Shown here: positions 37,434-48,020 of the stretch, piece after piece | Numbering within the stretch: position 1 is the first letter of the stretch | Layout: each line of letters starts with the position of its first letter | DNA from: Candidatus Yonathbacteria bacterium RIFCSPLOWO2_01_FULL_47_33b | GTDB taxonomy: Bacteria > Patescibacteriota > Minisyncoccia > Phycocordibacterales > UBA1550 | NCBI GenBank assembly: GCA_001823575.1 | Contig: MHUW01000019.1 | Location: forward strand, 1 to 52,200 | DNA length: 52,200 nt | Direction of reading: 5' to 3' | Program-made: the position numbers and the translations under genes | Notes under the pieces: generated by a model | What the model was told of the DNA's origin: nothing | The model's input: only the letters and a program-made list of their open reading frames with translations | Database searches by the model: none

Positions 37434-38444
37434 TTATTTCTGAGGGACAAGATTTTTTACTTCGCCTTTGCTAAACGCTGCGATGTTTTCCGTCGTGGTG
37501 TCGAGAATGCGCTTGATTGCCTCATCGGTGTTGAACGCGTTGTGTGGCGCAATGATAGCGCGTGGGTGCTCGATGAGGTAGTGGTTGGCAAGGGTGGTTT
37601 TGAGCGCTTGTTCATTTGGGTGTGCATCAAAAATAAGCTTGGTTTCATCTTCGATGAACGCTTCTTCTTCGAGAACATCGAGTCCTACCCCCAGGAGAAT
37701 CTCTTCACGCAGGCCCTTTACCAATGCTTCTGTCTCTACAAGTGCGCCACGGGCGGTATTGATGAGCACACTCCCCTTTTTCATTTTACTGATGTTGTCG
37801 ACATTCAAAATATGGTGCGTCTCCTTCATATACGGCAAGTGAACACTTACGACATCCGACTGCGCCAGGAGCTCGTCGAACGATACATACGTGAAACCCA
37901 TCTCCTGCGCCATGCTTTCTTTAGGGAACGCGTCAAAGGCGATGACGTTCATCTCAAAACCTTTTGCTATGCGAATCATATGCGCACCAATGCGCCCAGT
38001 GCCGAGAATACCGATGGTGCGACCCTTGAGGTCAAAACCGCGGAGCCCTGCCTGAGAAAAGAGTCCTTCGTCTTGCACCTTTTTTACACACTCATACATT
38101 TTGCGCGAAACCGTAAGGAGGAGCGCCATCGCAAACTCTGCGACGGTATTCTCGCCATACGCAGGAACGTACGAGACCGTAATACCGCGTGTTTTTGCTT
38201 CTGCGGTATCGATATGGTCAAACCCCGTCGAGCGCGCAGCGATGTGTTTTAGGTTTGGAAAACGATTGAGTACATCTTTGTTGACGGGTGAGTTCACAAA
38301 CACTGAAAGAACTTCTGCTCCCTCATCGCGAAAATCCGCATGGTCTGTTGTTGTGCCTTTGAGAAATACTATCTCATGACCAGGAAGCCTCTCTGCGATA
38401 TATCCTTGCTCCCAATCTTCGTTGTAAAAATGTATAATCTTCAT
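37434..38444 (-). CDS. D-2-hydroxyacid dehydrogenase (D-lactate dehydrogenase-like)
   Basis: RSTGFDHID, GTGRIG, INTARG, DVLEEE, PHNAF. Confidence 0.92.
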   Translation of the reverse strand: MKIIHFYNEDWEQGYIAERLPGHEIVFLKGTTTDHADFRDEGAEVLSVFVNSPVNKDVLNRFPNLKHIAARSTGFDHIDTAEAKTRGITVSYVPAYGENTVAEFAMALLLTVSRKMYECVKKVQDEGLFSQAGLRGFDLKGRTIGILGTGRIGAHMIRIAKGFEMNVIAFDAFPKESMAQEMGFTYVSFDELLAQSDVVSVHLPYMKETHHILNVDNISKMKKGSVLINTARGALVETEALVKGLREEILLGVGLDVLEEEAFIEDETKLIFDAHPNEQALKTTLANHYLIEHPRAIIAPHNAFNTDEAIKRILDTTTENIAAFSKGEVKNLVPQK

Positions 38445-38450
38445 AATTTC

Positions 38451-39674
38451 CTATTGTAACACGTTAGCGTACTCAGCTTCAATCTGAACCAATCGTTCGT
38501 ACTTTACCGCACGCACCTGTTGCGAGGGTGCGCCTGCCTTTAGGCCATATGCACCAACCCCCACCGCAAGGTCTGCAATGAATGAATCATCGGTTTCGCC
38601 AGAGCGATGAGAGACGACGGTCTTCCATCCCGCCTGATGCGCAAGGCGTATCGTGTCATATACCTCAGAGAGCGACCCGACTTGGTTGGGCTTGATAATA
38701 AGTGCGTTGCCTGCGTGCAGTACAATCATCTCGGCAATGACTTTTGGGTTGGTAACGGTGAGGTCGTCCCCTACCACGAGCGTCCCCTCAGGGGCATCTG
38801 CTAAAAGTTTCGCAAATGCTTGTGGATCATCCTCAGCAAAAGGGTCCTCTATGCTCCGCAATGGGAAACGGCTCATGAGGTCACCGTACACTTCGTTCAA
38901 AGCCTCCCGCGGATAGTTTGTACCAATGAGACGATATCCCTCCTTGTTCAAAAACTCCGTGGCTGCAGCATCAATACCGAGGAAAAAAGTAGGTTCGCTG
39001 TCGATAAGATCTGCGAGTATCTCAAACGGCCTATCAAGGGTGGCGAGCTTTGGCGCATAGCCACCCTCATCACCAAAAGGCACTTCCTCCACCGTCTCTT
39101 CACGGACAATCTCGCCAAGTTTGCTAAAAAGTTTTTTCGCACGAGCGTAAGTCTCTCTTACTGAATCAAGACCTCCTGCCACAACAATGTACTCCTGAAA
39201 CGGCAACTTGAAATCAGCATGGGCGCCACCATTGAGTACGTTCATATAGAGGCGTGGAAATCCCGCAGTAAATCCTTCACTCTTTGCGATGAATTTCCAG
39301 ACGGGTAGCTTATTCTTCGCCGCAGACAATTTTGCAAAGGCGATACTTACCGCGAGGATACCATTTGCACCGAGGCGTGATTTGTTGGGCGTACCGTCAA
39401 GCTCTATCAAAAAGTCATCAAGTGCGCGCTGGTTTTCAAATGTTCTCGCGAGAAGCTGCGGGAATACTTCTTCGCGCAAAAGATGGAGTACGTCCTCCAC
39501 GCCCCTCCCGTCCTTGTCTCTTTTTTCGAGAGCTTCTTTTGACCCCGTACTTTTACCCGAAGGGACGCTCGCCTGCACCATGTGCTCGCCGGACACAAGC
39601 ATAACCTCTATCGTTGGTCGCCCACGAGAATCAAAAACCTCTTTCGTCTCTGCCCTGTCTATTGTTATCATCAT
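38451..39674 (-). CDS. eno: Enolase
   Basis: DSRGRPT, NGGAHA, GDEGG, IEDP, GDDL, KPNQ, SHRSGET. Confidence 0.95.
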   Translation of the reverse strand: MMITIDRAETKEVFDSRGRPTIEVMLVSGEHMVQASVPSGKSTGSKEALEKRDKDGRGVEDVLHLLREEVFPQLLARTFENQRALDDFLIELDGTPNKSRLGANGILAVSIAFAKLSAAKNKLPVWKFIAKSEGFTAGFPRLYMNVLNGGAHADFKLPFQEYIVVAGGLDSVRETYARAKKLFSKLGEIVREETVEEVPFGDEGGYAPKLATLDRPFEILADLIDSEPTFFLGIDAAATEFLNKEGYRLIGTNYPREALNEVYGDLMSRFPLRSIEDPFAEDDPQAFAKLLADAPEGTLVVGDDLTVTNPKVIAEMIVLHAGNALIIKPNQVGSLSEVYDTIRLAHQAGWKTVVSHRSGETDDSFIADLAVGVGAYGLKAGAPSQQVRAVKYERLVQIEAEYANVLQ

Positions 39675-39677
39675 AAT

Positions 39678-40964
39678 TTATTCTGTGAGTGTTAAATACC
39701 AATCCGAAACATTTGCCCCTGTGCGCCCGGTGTCGATATGCGAGCCAACTTTTTCAAAAAACGCATATGCCTGATTTTCTTCAAGCGCGACCAAGGGGTC
39801 CATGCCAAGCTCTTTTGCATGTGCGAGTGTCGCCTCATCAGCGATTGCTCCCGCAAATGGTGTGTTGTCCCAACCGTCTGACGTGGCACCAATAAACACT
39901 TGCCCCTTTTTAACGTGCGGCAGTGCTCCAAGTACGGCCACCTGACAGCGACCACCCTTGCCCGGCTTCTTCACGGTGACCGTTGTCTCGCCGCCAAACA
40001 GACGGCAGGTTTTTGGCTCGGTCGCCTCCAAAACCAACTGCTTGCCAATATCTTGCGCCTCTCCCTGAAGCTCCGCATTTTCGATACGCGCCGCATAGCC
40101 AAGTTGCGCAGCCGCACTTTTCATCGCTTCAAGCGCCTTCACGTTGGTGACAAATAAGAGATTATGAACACGCTCGAAATACATACTTTCTTTAGGGGTC
40201 TCAATGATTTCGCAACGAGGAATCCCGCACTTCTCGGCGATATTGTATTTACTCAAAATAGCATGGGCATCCTCCGCAGTTGTGGGGTCCATAACCGTGG
40301 GGCCCGATGCAATCATACTCATATCGTTCCCCGGAACATCCGAAAAAATGAGCGACACAACGGTTGCGGGGTATGCCATTCTTGCAAACTGCCCCCCTTG
40401 GATTCGCGAGGTGTGCTTGCGCACCGTGTTAACCTCGGCGATAGTTGCACTCTGCTCCATGAGGGACTTGGTGATTGCGGTCAGGGTGTCGCAAGAAATA
40501 TCATTCGGTAGGCACAAAAGAGAGGATCCGCCTCCAGAAATGACCGTAATCAAAAGGTCACGATCGGTGAGCCCCTCCGCAAGATCAGCAATGGACTTCG
40601 TGATTGCAATGTTCGTCTCCGAGGGAAATGGGTGGGTGCCGACTTGCGAGCGGAGTTTGCGCAGTGTTGCTCCACGTACGTCCAAAATGATTCCGTCCGT
40701 AAGGAACGCCCCGAGTTTTTCTTCAAATGCCTCGCCGGCATCAAGGGCGCATTTTCCAATCCCCACAAAAAAGATGCGCTCGTACGCGTTGAGGTGAAAT
40801 AACTGCCCACCGACCTTGAGCACCTTGCCGTCAATCTCCACTTCCGAGCGCACGACTTCTTTGGTAAGAATCGCACGATACCCCGCCTCAAGTATCTCGA
40901 GTGCGTGTTCGCGAAGCGTCGTCGTCGCAAGCTCGGCACCATTTTTGATGATTGAAAAACCCAT
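39678..40964 (-). CDS. Glycerate 2-kinase (DUF4147/MOFRL)
   Basis: GKCA, HP.P, SGGGSSL, SDVPG..IASGP, GGETTV, TGANV.D. Confidence 0.9.
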   Translation of the reverse strand: MGFSIIKNGAELATTTLREHALEILEAGYRAILTKEVVRSEVEIDGKVLKVGGQLFHLNAYERIFFVGIGKCALDAGEAFEEKLGAFLTDGIILDVRGATLRKLRSQVGTHPFPSETNIAITKSIADLAEGLTDRDLLITVISGGGSSLLCLPNDISCDTLTAITKSLMEQSATIAEVNTVRKHTSRIQGGQFARMAYPATVVSLIFSDVPGNDMSMIASGPTVMDPTTAEDAHAILSKYNIAEKCGIPRCEIIETPKESMYFERVHNLLFVTNVKALEAMKSAAAQLGYAARIENAELQGEAQDIGKQLVLEATEPKTCRLFGGETTVTVKKPGKGGRCQVAVLGALPHVKKGQVFIGATSDGWDNTPFAGAIADEATLAHAKELGMDPLVALEENQAYAFFEKVGSHIDTGRTGANVSDWYLTLTE

Positions 40965-41077
40965 ACAGATATAATATCACACGCTTCCCTTTTGCTTAAT
41001 ACGCTATTTGCGAGAATTTTTAAAAAATGGTATAATGTACATATGTTCAGGCCCGGCAAACGGGCTCTTTCATTGCT

Positions 41078-42319
41078 ATGATCGAAGCATTTTTCAACGG
41101 CATCTTATATGTATTCCTTTTTGTAACCCTCTACCTCGAGGTGTTCTTTCTCATTACCTTTTTCGAGGAGCGTGGCAACCTTACAGAAAAATCTAAGAAC
41201 AAGAAGCTTTCCTACTACCCCTCGACCACCATCATTGTTCCCTGCTGGAATGAAGAAAAGACGGTTGCGGGGACCATTCATTCGCTCTTGCGTTTAAATT
41301 ACCCCAAAAATAAACTGAACATTTTCATCGTCGACGACGGTTCGACCGACAATACGTGGGAGGTTATCCAGAAATTTGCCAACAATCCTCAAATCACGCT
41401 CATCAAAAAAGAAAATGGCGGCAAGCACACCGCCGTGAACCTCGGCATCAAGGAATCAAACTCTGAGCTTATTGGCTGCCTTGACGCAGACTCGTTTGTT
41501 GAAAAGGACGCCCTCCTCGAAATTGCCCGCGCATTTAACGAGGACAAGCTCATGATGGCCGCGACACCAATGCTTGTCGTTCACGAGCCACAGACCATGC
41601 TCCAAAAAATGCAGAAGACCGAGTACCACACGGGTGCCTTTTTGAAGCGCATGCTCTCACCACTCGACGCCATCAACGTAACCCCGGGGCCTTTTTCTAT
41701 CTTTCGTAAAGAAGTATACGAAAAGATTGGTCTCTACAAAAAAGCGCACAACACCGAAGATATGGAGTTCGCCCTCCGTATGCAGGCACACCACATGCGT
41801 ATTCGTAACGTACACACGGCGCAGGTGCACACCAAAACCCCCGACACACTCTACAAACTTTATCGTCAACGTCTTCGTTGGGCATACGGCACGATGAAGA
41901 ATACGCTCGATTATCGTTTTATGATTTTCCGTCGTGAATATGGCATCCTTGGTATGATTACCCTCCCTCTCTCGTTCTTTGGTGTCTTTATTTTCCTTTA
42001 CAATTTCGGCTTCATTGCTTTTCACTCAATACAAAGATTGCTCGAGAAAGCGATTCAAATCAGTACGACAGGTTTTTCGTTTGCTATACCACAATTTGAT
42101 TCTTTCTTTTTCAACACCGACTTTATGGCACTTCTATCATATGTCTTTCTCGGGCTTGGGCTCTTTATTATCTGGAATGGAGTGCGGCTCGCCGAGGGTC
42201 GTTTCCGTCCGACCACTGGTATCTTTTATTTCATTGTACTCTATGGTATTGTGGCACCACTCTGGTTCACTCGTGCAGTATGGAATGTACTCTTCTCAAA
42301 GGGAACTAACTGGCGATAA
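41078..42319 (+). CDS. Processive GT2 glycosyltransferase (PgaC/IcaA-like)
   Basis: DDGS, DAD, TED, QRLRW; flanking TM helices. Confidence 0.9.
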   Translation: MIEAFFNGILYVFLFVTLYLEVFFLITFFEERGNLTEKSKNKKLSYYPSTTIIVPCWNEEKTVAGTIHSLLRLNYPKNKLNIFIVDDGSTDNTWEVIQKFANNPQITLIKKENGGKHTAVNLGIKESNSELIGCLDADSFVEKDALLEIARAFNEDKLMMAATPMLVVHEPQTMLQKMQKTEYHTGAFLKRMLSPLDAINVTPGPFSIFRKEVYEKIGLYKKAHNTEDMEFALRMQAHHMRIRNVHTAQVHTKTPDTLYKLYRQRLRWAYGTMKNTLDYRFMIFRREYGILGMITLPLSFFGVFIFLYNFGFIAFHSIQRLLEKAIQISTTGFSFAIPQFDSFFFNTDFMALLSYVFLGLGLFIIWNGVRLAEGRFRPTTGIFYFIVLYGIVAPLWFTRAVWNVLFSKGTNWR

Positions 42320-42334
42320 ACCCATATAAACATT

Positions 42335-43042
42335 ATGCGCGCAAAAATTGAAACAAAAAAATACATACTCACCTTTGTTATCACAGCCATGGTATTTTTC
42401 GGTGCTCTTTTGGCGAGCAACCGCTTTGCTGAACGCCGATTGAGCGAAGTAAAGTCAATTGAAGACAAGATCTCCCTTGACCTCCTCTCGTCCGAGACAC
42501 AGTTCGCACTTCTTAAAGAATCGTCGTGTAAAGCAATCGACCACTCGACCGCATTCTCCGAGGAACTCAACTCGCTCACGCAAAAGCTTTCGTACATGGA
42601 GGACAACCTCGGCGGAGAAAACCCCGAAGTGCTTTCCCTCAAAAAATATTACTCGCTCCTCCAGATTAAAGACTCGCTCCTTGTGAAGCAGGTCAACGAA
42701 AAGTGTGGCGTAAAGCCCATCACCATCATCTACTTCTACTCCAACAAAGGCGACTGTGATGAGTGCAAGCGCGAAGGCTACGTACTCACTAAACTCCGCG
42801 AAGAATACCCTGAGCTCCGTATCTATTCGTTTGATTACAACCTCGACCTGTCGGCAGTCAAAACCCTCAAGTCAATTTATGGCGTAAAGAACACTCTTCC
42901 TGCGCTCATCATCTGGGATGAAAATTATTATGGATTCAAGAGCGCTACGGATATCGAAAAAATCGTCCCCCAATTAAAACGCCTTCGTGAAGCACGCGAA
43001 AAGGCAGCACAAACAAAGACCGCAACGAGTACGAAAAAATAA
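42335..43042 (+). CDS. Membrane-anchored protein with thioredoxin-like CxxC domain
   Basis: N-terminal TM; IYFYS...CDEC; YGVKNTLPALII. Confidence 0.65.
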   Translation: MRAKIETKKYILTFVITAMVFFGALLASNRFAERRLSEVKSIEDKISLDLLSSETQFALLKESSCKAIDHSTAFSEELNSLTQKLSYMEDNLGGENPEVLSLKKYYSLLQIKDSLLVKQVNEKCGVKPITIIYFYSNKGDCDECKREGYVLTKLREEYPELRIYSFDYNLDLSAVKTLKSIYGVKNTLPALIIWDENYYGFKSATDIEKIVPQLKRLREAREKAAQTKTATSTKK

Positions 43043-43089
43043 ATTAAAGAACCGCCGCGAGTCATAGAGACTCACGGCGGTTTAATTAT

Positions 43090-43542
43090 TTACCCCGGAA
43101 CAGAGGTTTTAGAACAAAACACGTTGCTATCATACGTGATGTCCGGAAGGAAATCCTCGGGTAATGCATATGCGTGACTGACAACCCATGCTATTCGTGA
43201 TAACATTGGGTGCTCACTCGTAGCAGTGACCCAGCCACACCAAGGACATCTGACCTTAGATGTTTCAATCAGACGCTCCTTGTCATTTTCACAAAAGAAT
43301 TTCCACTCTGCAATCGAGCTTGTTTTTCTACACTGGTCACGTTCACACGTAACACCCTGAAGCAACAGAGTTTTATCCCATTCGATCCTCAAGCGATAGA
43401 GATGTCGGTCTGCACAAACCATCAGGCCATCATGCCCCCTAGCGAGATGGTGGTCACGGTCATTAAGCTGTTCCACCATCTGATGGGCGATTTCAGCGAG
43501 TTTCATGTCTACTTCTTTGCTGCTGAGCACCTCAGACATCAT
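43090..43542 (-). CDS. Hypothetical protein (possible Zn-binding)
   Basis: SD AAGGAG; CPWC and CERDQC; hairpins on both sides. Confidence 0.55.
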   Translation of the reverse strand: MMSEVLSSKEVDMKLAEIAHQMVEQLNDRDHHLARGHDGLMVCADRHLYRLRIEWDKTLLLQGVTCERDQCRKTSSIAEWKFFCENDKERLIETSKVRCPWCGWVTATSEHPMLSRIAWVVSHAYALPEDFLPDITYDSNVFCSKTSVPG

Positions 43543-43661
43543 ATCTCTCCTTTTAAAAGTCCAAAAACCCTGACAGGAATAATATCACGCACTCCTGGAA
43601 ATGCAATACCGCCACGAATTGTTCAACTCGTGGCGGTATTGCATTTTCCCCTATTTAAATC

Positions 43662-44207
43662 TTACGCCCTGTCTTTGTTAACTTCAGTTTTCTCAATGAG
43701 TTCCATAAACTCAAGCACCTCGCCAGTATATGTTGGAACAACTGAGCCGTTGTAGTGGTGGAGCTTTTCCTCGGTGGTTGTGCCGTTGTAGTAGCGTGAG
43801 GTGACAGGATTATTCCCGCCCAAGTTATGCGCCACCGTTTCAATAGCCGCGTCCCATGATTTGAACTTTACGATCTTACATGAGCCCCATCCGAATGGAT
43901 TGTACCCGCAGGCAAACTTACCACCAGTAGATTCCTTAATCGCAATCGCGGGCAAAAGGCGCCAGTCGAGACCATTCTTCTCTGCCTCAGCAACGAACTT
44001 CGCTCCGTGCCCCTCAAGAGGCATACCACGCTTAGCAAAGTAAGCATCAATCTTGCCAGCACGTTCTTCTGCAAGCGATACCGACTCCTCTACTACGGCG
44101 TAGTTCGAAAAGAGGTTCATCTCATATAACATCGCGAATGGTGAGCTGGCGGTAAAAAAAGGAAGCAGCACGAGCCCACGAGCGAATTGTATTGTTTGTT
44201 TTTTCAT
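43662..44207 (-). CDS. Secreted glucosaminidase/lysozyme-like cell-wall hydrolase
   Basis: LDWRLLPAIAIKESTGGK, NPFGWG, F.SW..AI, YN motifs. Confidence 0.75.
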   Translation of the reverse strand: MKKQTIQFARGLVLLPFFTASSPFAMLYEMNLFSNYAVVEESVSLAEERAGKIDAYFAKRGMPLEGHGAKFVAEAEKNGLDWRLLPAIAIKESTGGKFACGYNPFGWGSCKIVKFKSWDAAIETVAHNLGGNNPVTSRYYNGTTTEEKLHHYNGSVVPTYTGEVLEFMELIEKTEVNKDRA

Positions 44208-44349
44208 AGAATGGCAATGTGTGCTTTGCCGAACGCCGTGTTTGTATATCGCCCAAGAACTTCTTTAAAGAAAAAGGCACCTAACGAAAGGTGCACTTAC
44301 TCTTCATTGACGATAGGTCTATACTAGCATAGTCGAGCCAAAAAGTCAA
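44208..44349 (-). promoter_or_regulatory. Promoter plus about 105-nt structured 5' leader
   Basis: TTGACT-17-TAGTAT; hairpin GCACC..GGTGC plus U-tract; motif shared with 49758-49845. Confidence 0.6.
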
Positions 44350-44465
44350 GCATTTTGACCGGTTTTTAGAGGGTATTTTCTAAAAAATTGGTAAAATACC
44401 CTTGTTTAACAAGGGTATTTTAGGAGAGGCCTTTACAAGTACATTTTGGTGTTTTGTCGTCCAAA

Positions 44466-44687
44466 TCAGCCATTGACCCCTAAAAACTGAAACCTTGGTG
44501 TCTTTTTACCAGCCACCTCAACCTCCTCCAAAAACATAGCAAGAGGTCTAACCCAAAGCCCTTTTTCACCATAAAGTGCTTGGTAAACTACCATCTTTTC
44601 GAGCGTTTCGCTGTGCTCTGCCACACCCAACACCCGATATTGGTGCCCTTTATGGTGTTCGTAGATACCTGGCTGTATGGTTCTCAT
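44466..44687 (-). CDS. DUF1653 domain protein
   Basis: GIYEHHKG..Y.V...A.HSET.E.MVVY.ALY...WVRP..MF. Confidence 0.9.
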   Translation of the reverse strand: MRTIQPGIYEHHKGHQYRVLGVAEHSETLEKMVVYQALYGEKGLWVRPLAMFLEEVEVAGKKTPRFQFLGVNG

Positions 44688-44689
44688 AA

Positions 44690-44992
44690 TTATGATTCAT
44701 CTAAAATGATACGTTTTTCAAACCTCCCTCGCTCTTCTGCTTTCCTTTCTTGTTCGACCGCGAGTGCTTCTTTATTAAAACCCTTGTGTGTCATTATGGC
44801 GTCCAGTACCTCGGCGATGTCCGCAAGTTCCTCAATACTCTCTGCTTCCAAAAATTCCGCGACCTCTTCATTTAGCTTCTCTTTGAGCTTTGCCCAATAT
44901 TCCGCCTCGTCGGCAATATGAAAAACCGCCTTCTCCCCTTTCGCTTCGATGCGCTCAATTATTTTATCGCGTACGAGTTTATGGTAGTACAT
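44690..44992 (-). CDS. MazG-like nucleoside triphosphate pyrophosphohydrolase
   Basis: KLVRDKI, KL.EE..EF, EELADI.EV, K.EERG.F. Confidence 0.88.
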   Translation of the reverse strand: MYYHKLVRDKIIERIEAKGEKAVFHIADEAEYWAKLKEKLNEEVAEFLEAESIEELADIAEVLDAIMTHKGFNKEALAVEQERKAEERGRFEKRIILDES

Positions 44993-45016
44993 ATTTTACC
45001 CTTATATTATAGTTCC

Positions 45017-45478
45017 TTACAAAGAGGACTGGTAGGACAGCTTGTTGTATTCGTCGGTAGGATATTCAATAATTCCTTCCTCGTGCCACAAAGCGAAGGT
45101 TGCAATACCGGCATCAAGCGCCAACCTGCTGCACACCGTGCAATATGGTTTGCCTGATTTCTTGATATTTCCATTTTCGTCAACCCTTACAAAATAGAGT
45201 CTTGATCCTTGTATCTTTTCAGGATTACTTTTTAACGCGCCCATGATTGCGCGCCATTCGGCATGTACACAACTGCTTGGTCCAGGTTCATTGCCACAGA
45301 TTCGTCCTTCTTTTTTATCCAAAGGGGGCGCATTGTACCCTTCTCCGATTATTTCACCGTCACAGACAATTACCGTTCCACATTTTGTCTCAAGACACAG
45401 GGCCTTTTCAGCAACGCGCGCTGCTCTCCTCATCCAACCTATCGCGTCCTTTTCCTGTTGCCCTGTTAGGTATTCCAT
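45017..45478 (-). CDS. Cytidine/deoxycytidylate deaminase family
   Basis: GEGYN, HAE, PYCTVC Zn motifs. Confidence 0.88.
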   Translation of the reverse strand: MEYLTGQQEKDAIGWMRRAARVAEKALCLETKCGTVIVCDGEIIGEGYNAPPLDKKEGRICGNEPGPSSCVHAEWRAIMGALKSNPEKIQGSRLYFVRVDENGNIKKSGKPYCTVCSRLALDAGIATFALWHEEGIIEYPTDEYNKLSYQSSL

Positions 45479-45485
45479 ATCCCTA

Positions 45486-47987
45486 TTACGCTCCGTGGCA
45501 GTGTTTGTATTTTTTGCCGCTACCGCAGGTGCAGGGGTCGTTGCGTCCTATTTTTTCTACATGGATAGGTTCTGCTGTAGGTTTCTCACTCTCTCCCCCG
45601 CCAATCTCGAGCGCTTGTTTGACAACCTTGCGTGCTTGTTCTTCCTCTTTTACAAAAGCGCCGGCACCAATAGTAGGAAGTATGCGAAGAATCTCGCCTT
45701 GTACCGACTCTTTCATTTCGCGGAACATACGGAGTCCCTCTTTTTTGTATTCAACGAGCGGTTCGCGCTGACCATAGGCACGAAGGTTGACCGAGGATTT
45801 CATGTACTCCATTGACTCGAGATGCTCCATCCACATCATATCAATGACCTGCAAAATGAGACGTTTGACTGCGCGATAAAATTCCTCTTCACCAATCGCG
45901 GCAATCTTTTGGTCAATATGCGCAAGTATTTCTGGATTACCCGCAACTATCTCGGCAAGGTATGCTTTCGCGCCTGATTCTGCAGAATCATGCCGCGCAG
46001 TGTCCGTTGAAGCGCGGGCCCCCTCGTTCATAAGCACCTCGCGACGAGCACCGTACACGTAGGCGCGCTGCTGGGTCATGACGTCATCGTACGAAAGCAC
46101 GTGCTTGCGGGCATCAAAATGGAAACCTTCTATTTTCTCCTGCGCGGTCTCAAGCGAACGAGAAATGAGTTTGTTTTGAATGGCTTCGTCCTCGGGGATA
46201 CCCAGTTTGCCCATCATGTTTTTAACGACATCAGACGCAAAAACCCGCATTAAGCTATCTTCCATTGAGACAAAGAATTGCGTCTCTCCTGGGTCACCCT
46301 GGCGGCCTGCACGGCCACGCAGCTGGTTGTCGATGCGTCGCGCCTCGTGACGCTCGGTACCAAGCACAAAAAGTCCGCCGAGGTCCTTGATCTCCTCTGC
46401 TTCTTCGCGCGAGCCCGGATTACCACCAAGCTTGATATCCACACCACGACCTGCCATGTTGGTTGCAATAACCACCCCACCCTTGCGGCCTGCTTGTGCG
46501 ATGATTTCACCTTCGCGTTCATGATTTTTTGCATTCAACACCTCGTGTCGCACCCCTTCACGCTTGAGGTATTCTGAAAGGAGTTCGTTCTTTTCAATAG
46601 AGACCGTACCAATGAGCACTGGCTGTCCTTTTGTATTAAGCTCCTTAACCTTGCGCGCAATAGCCTGGAACTTGCCTCGTTCTGTCTGAAAAATAAGATC
46701 ATCACGATCAATACGCGCTACCCCACGATTGGTAGGAACTTTGACCACCTCGAGTCCATACACTTTAAAAAATTCTTCACTCGAGGTCTCGGCCGTACCG
46801 GTCATACCCGCAAGCTTTTCATAGAGGCGGAAGTAGTTTTGGAAGGTAATAGACGCAAAAGTGCGTGACTCCTGCTGGATTTTAACCCCCTCTTTTGCTT
46901 CGACTGCTTGATGGAGTCCTTCTGACCAGCGGCGACCTGGCTGCATACGGCCCGTAAACTCATCAACAATCATTACCTCACCCTCGCGCACCACGTACTC
47001 TTTGTCACGATGGAAAAGTGCTTGCGCTCGTACCGCCGTCTCTAAATGATGCACATACTTTACGCCGCGTTCAGTATAAATATTATCAATGCCCAAAAGC
47101 TCCTCGGCTTTGTTGATGCCTTCATCGGTGAGCTGTACTGCTTTGAGTTTCTCGTCCACCGTATAGTGCTCCCCTTCTTTAAGCTTGGCGGCAATCCCGG
47201 CAAATACTTCATAAAGGTTTTCTGCATCACCTGATGGTGCTGAGATAATGAGCGGGGTGCGTGCCTCGTCGATTAAAATCGAGTCGATCTCGTCCACGAT
47301 TGCGTAGTGGTACTCACGCTGAGCAAGGTCCTCGGGAGCGTATGCAATATTGTCACGCAAATAATCAAAACCAAATTCATTGTTGGTGCCGTAGGTAATA
47401 TCCGCAGCATACGCCTCGCGCTTTGAACACGGGCGCATAAATTCGTGAATAACTTTAAACGAACCTACTTCATCACGCTCGGCATCCTTGTCTTTGTGCT
47501 CGGGGTCGTAGAGATATGATGAGTCGTGATTGAGCACCCCCGTTGAGAGACCGAGGAATGCATAGATCTGCCCCATCCATGTCGCATCACGACGTGAGAG
47601 ATAGTCGTTCACGGTGACGACATGCACTCCTTTCCCCGTGATTGCATTTACATACGCAGGGAGGGTTGCGACAAGGGTCTTTCCTTCGCCCGTCATCATC
47701 TCGGCAATCTTGCCCTCATGGAGTGCAAGCCCGCCCATGAGCTGCACATCGTAGTGGCGCTGACCAAGAGTTCTCTGTGATGCTTCACGAACTACGGCAA
47801 ACGCCTCGGGGAGAATATCGTCTATCTTTGCGCCCGCCTCAAGACGCTCCCTGAATTCTGACGTTTTCTGGCGGAGGGCTCCATCGGAAAGGGCCTGCAT
47901 TGACGGCTCGAAATTATTGATCTTTTGCACAATTGGAAGATAGCGCTTGGTTGTGTCGCCTCCAAATATAGATGTAAAAAATGACAT
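45486..47987 (-). CDS. secA: Preprotein translocase SecA
   Basis: [43 protein letters not shown]-terminal [16 protein letters not shown]. Confidence 0.98.
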   Translation of the reverse strand: MSFFTSIFGGDTTKRYLPIVQKINNFEPSMQALSDGALRQKTSEFRERLEAGAKIDDILPEAFAVVREASQRTLGQRHYDVQLMGGLALHEGKIAEMMTGEGKTLVATLPAYVNAITGKGVHVVTVNDYLSRRDATWMGQIYAFLGLSTGVLNHDSSYLYDPEHKDKDAERDEVGSFKVIHEFMRPCSKREAYAADITYGTNNEFGFDYLRDNIAYAPEDLAQREYHYAIVDEIDSILIDEARTPLIISAPSGDAENLYEVFAGIAAKLKEGEHYTVDEKLKAVQLTDEGINKAEELLGIDNIYTERGVKYVHHLETAVRAQALFHRDKEYVVREGEVMIVDEFTGRMQPGRRWSEGLHQAVEAKEGVKIQQESRTFASITFQNYFRLYEKLAGMTGTAETSSEEFFKVYGLEVVKVPTNRGVARIDRDDLIFQTERGKFQAIARKVKELNTKGQPVLIGTVSIEKNELLSEYLKREGVRHEVLNAKNHEREGEIIAQAGRKGGVVIATNMAGRGVDIKLGGNPGSREEAEEIKDLGGLFVLGTERHEARRIDNQLRGRAGRQGDPGETQFFVSMEDSLMRVFASDVVKNMMGKLGIPEDEAIQNKLISRSLETAQEKIEGFHFDARKHVLSYDDVMTQQRAYVYGARREVLMNEGARASTDTARHDSAESGAKAYLAEIVAGNPEILAHIDQKIAAIGEEEFYRAVKRLILQVIDMMWMEHLESMEYMKSSVNLRAYGQREPLVEYKKEGLRMFREMKESVQGEILRILPTIGAGAFVKEEEQARKVVKQALEIGGGESEKPTAEPIHVEKIGRNDPCTCGSGKKYKHCHGA

Positions 47988-48020
47988 AGGGGTAGTTTAG
48001 CATAAAAAACGACCCCCGCC

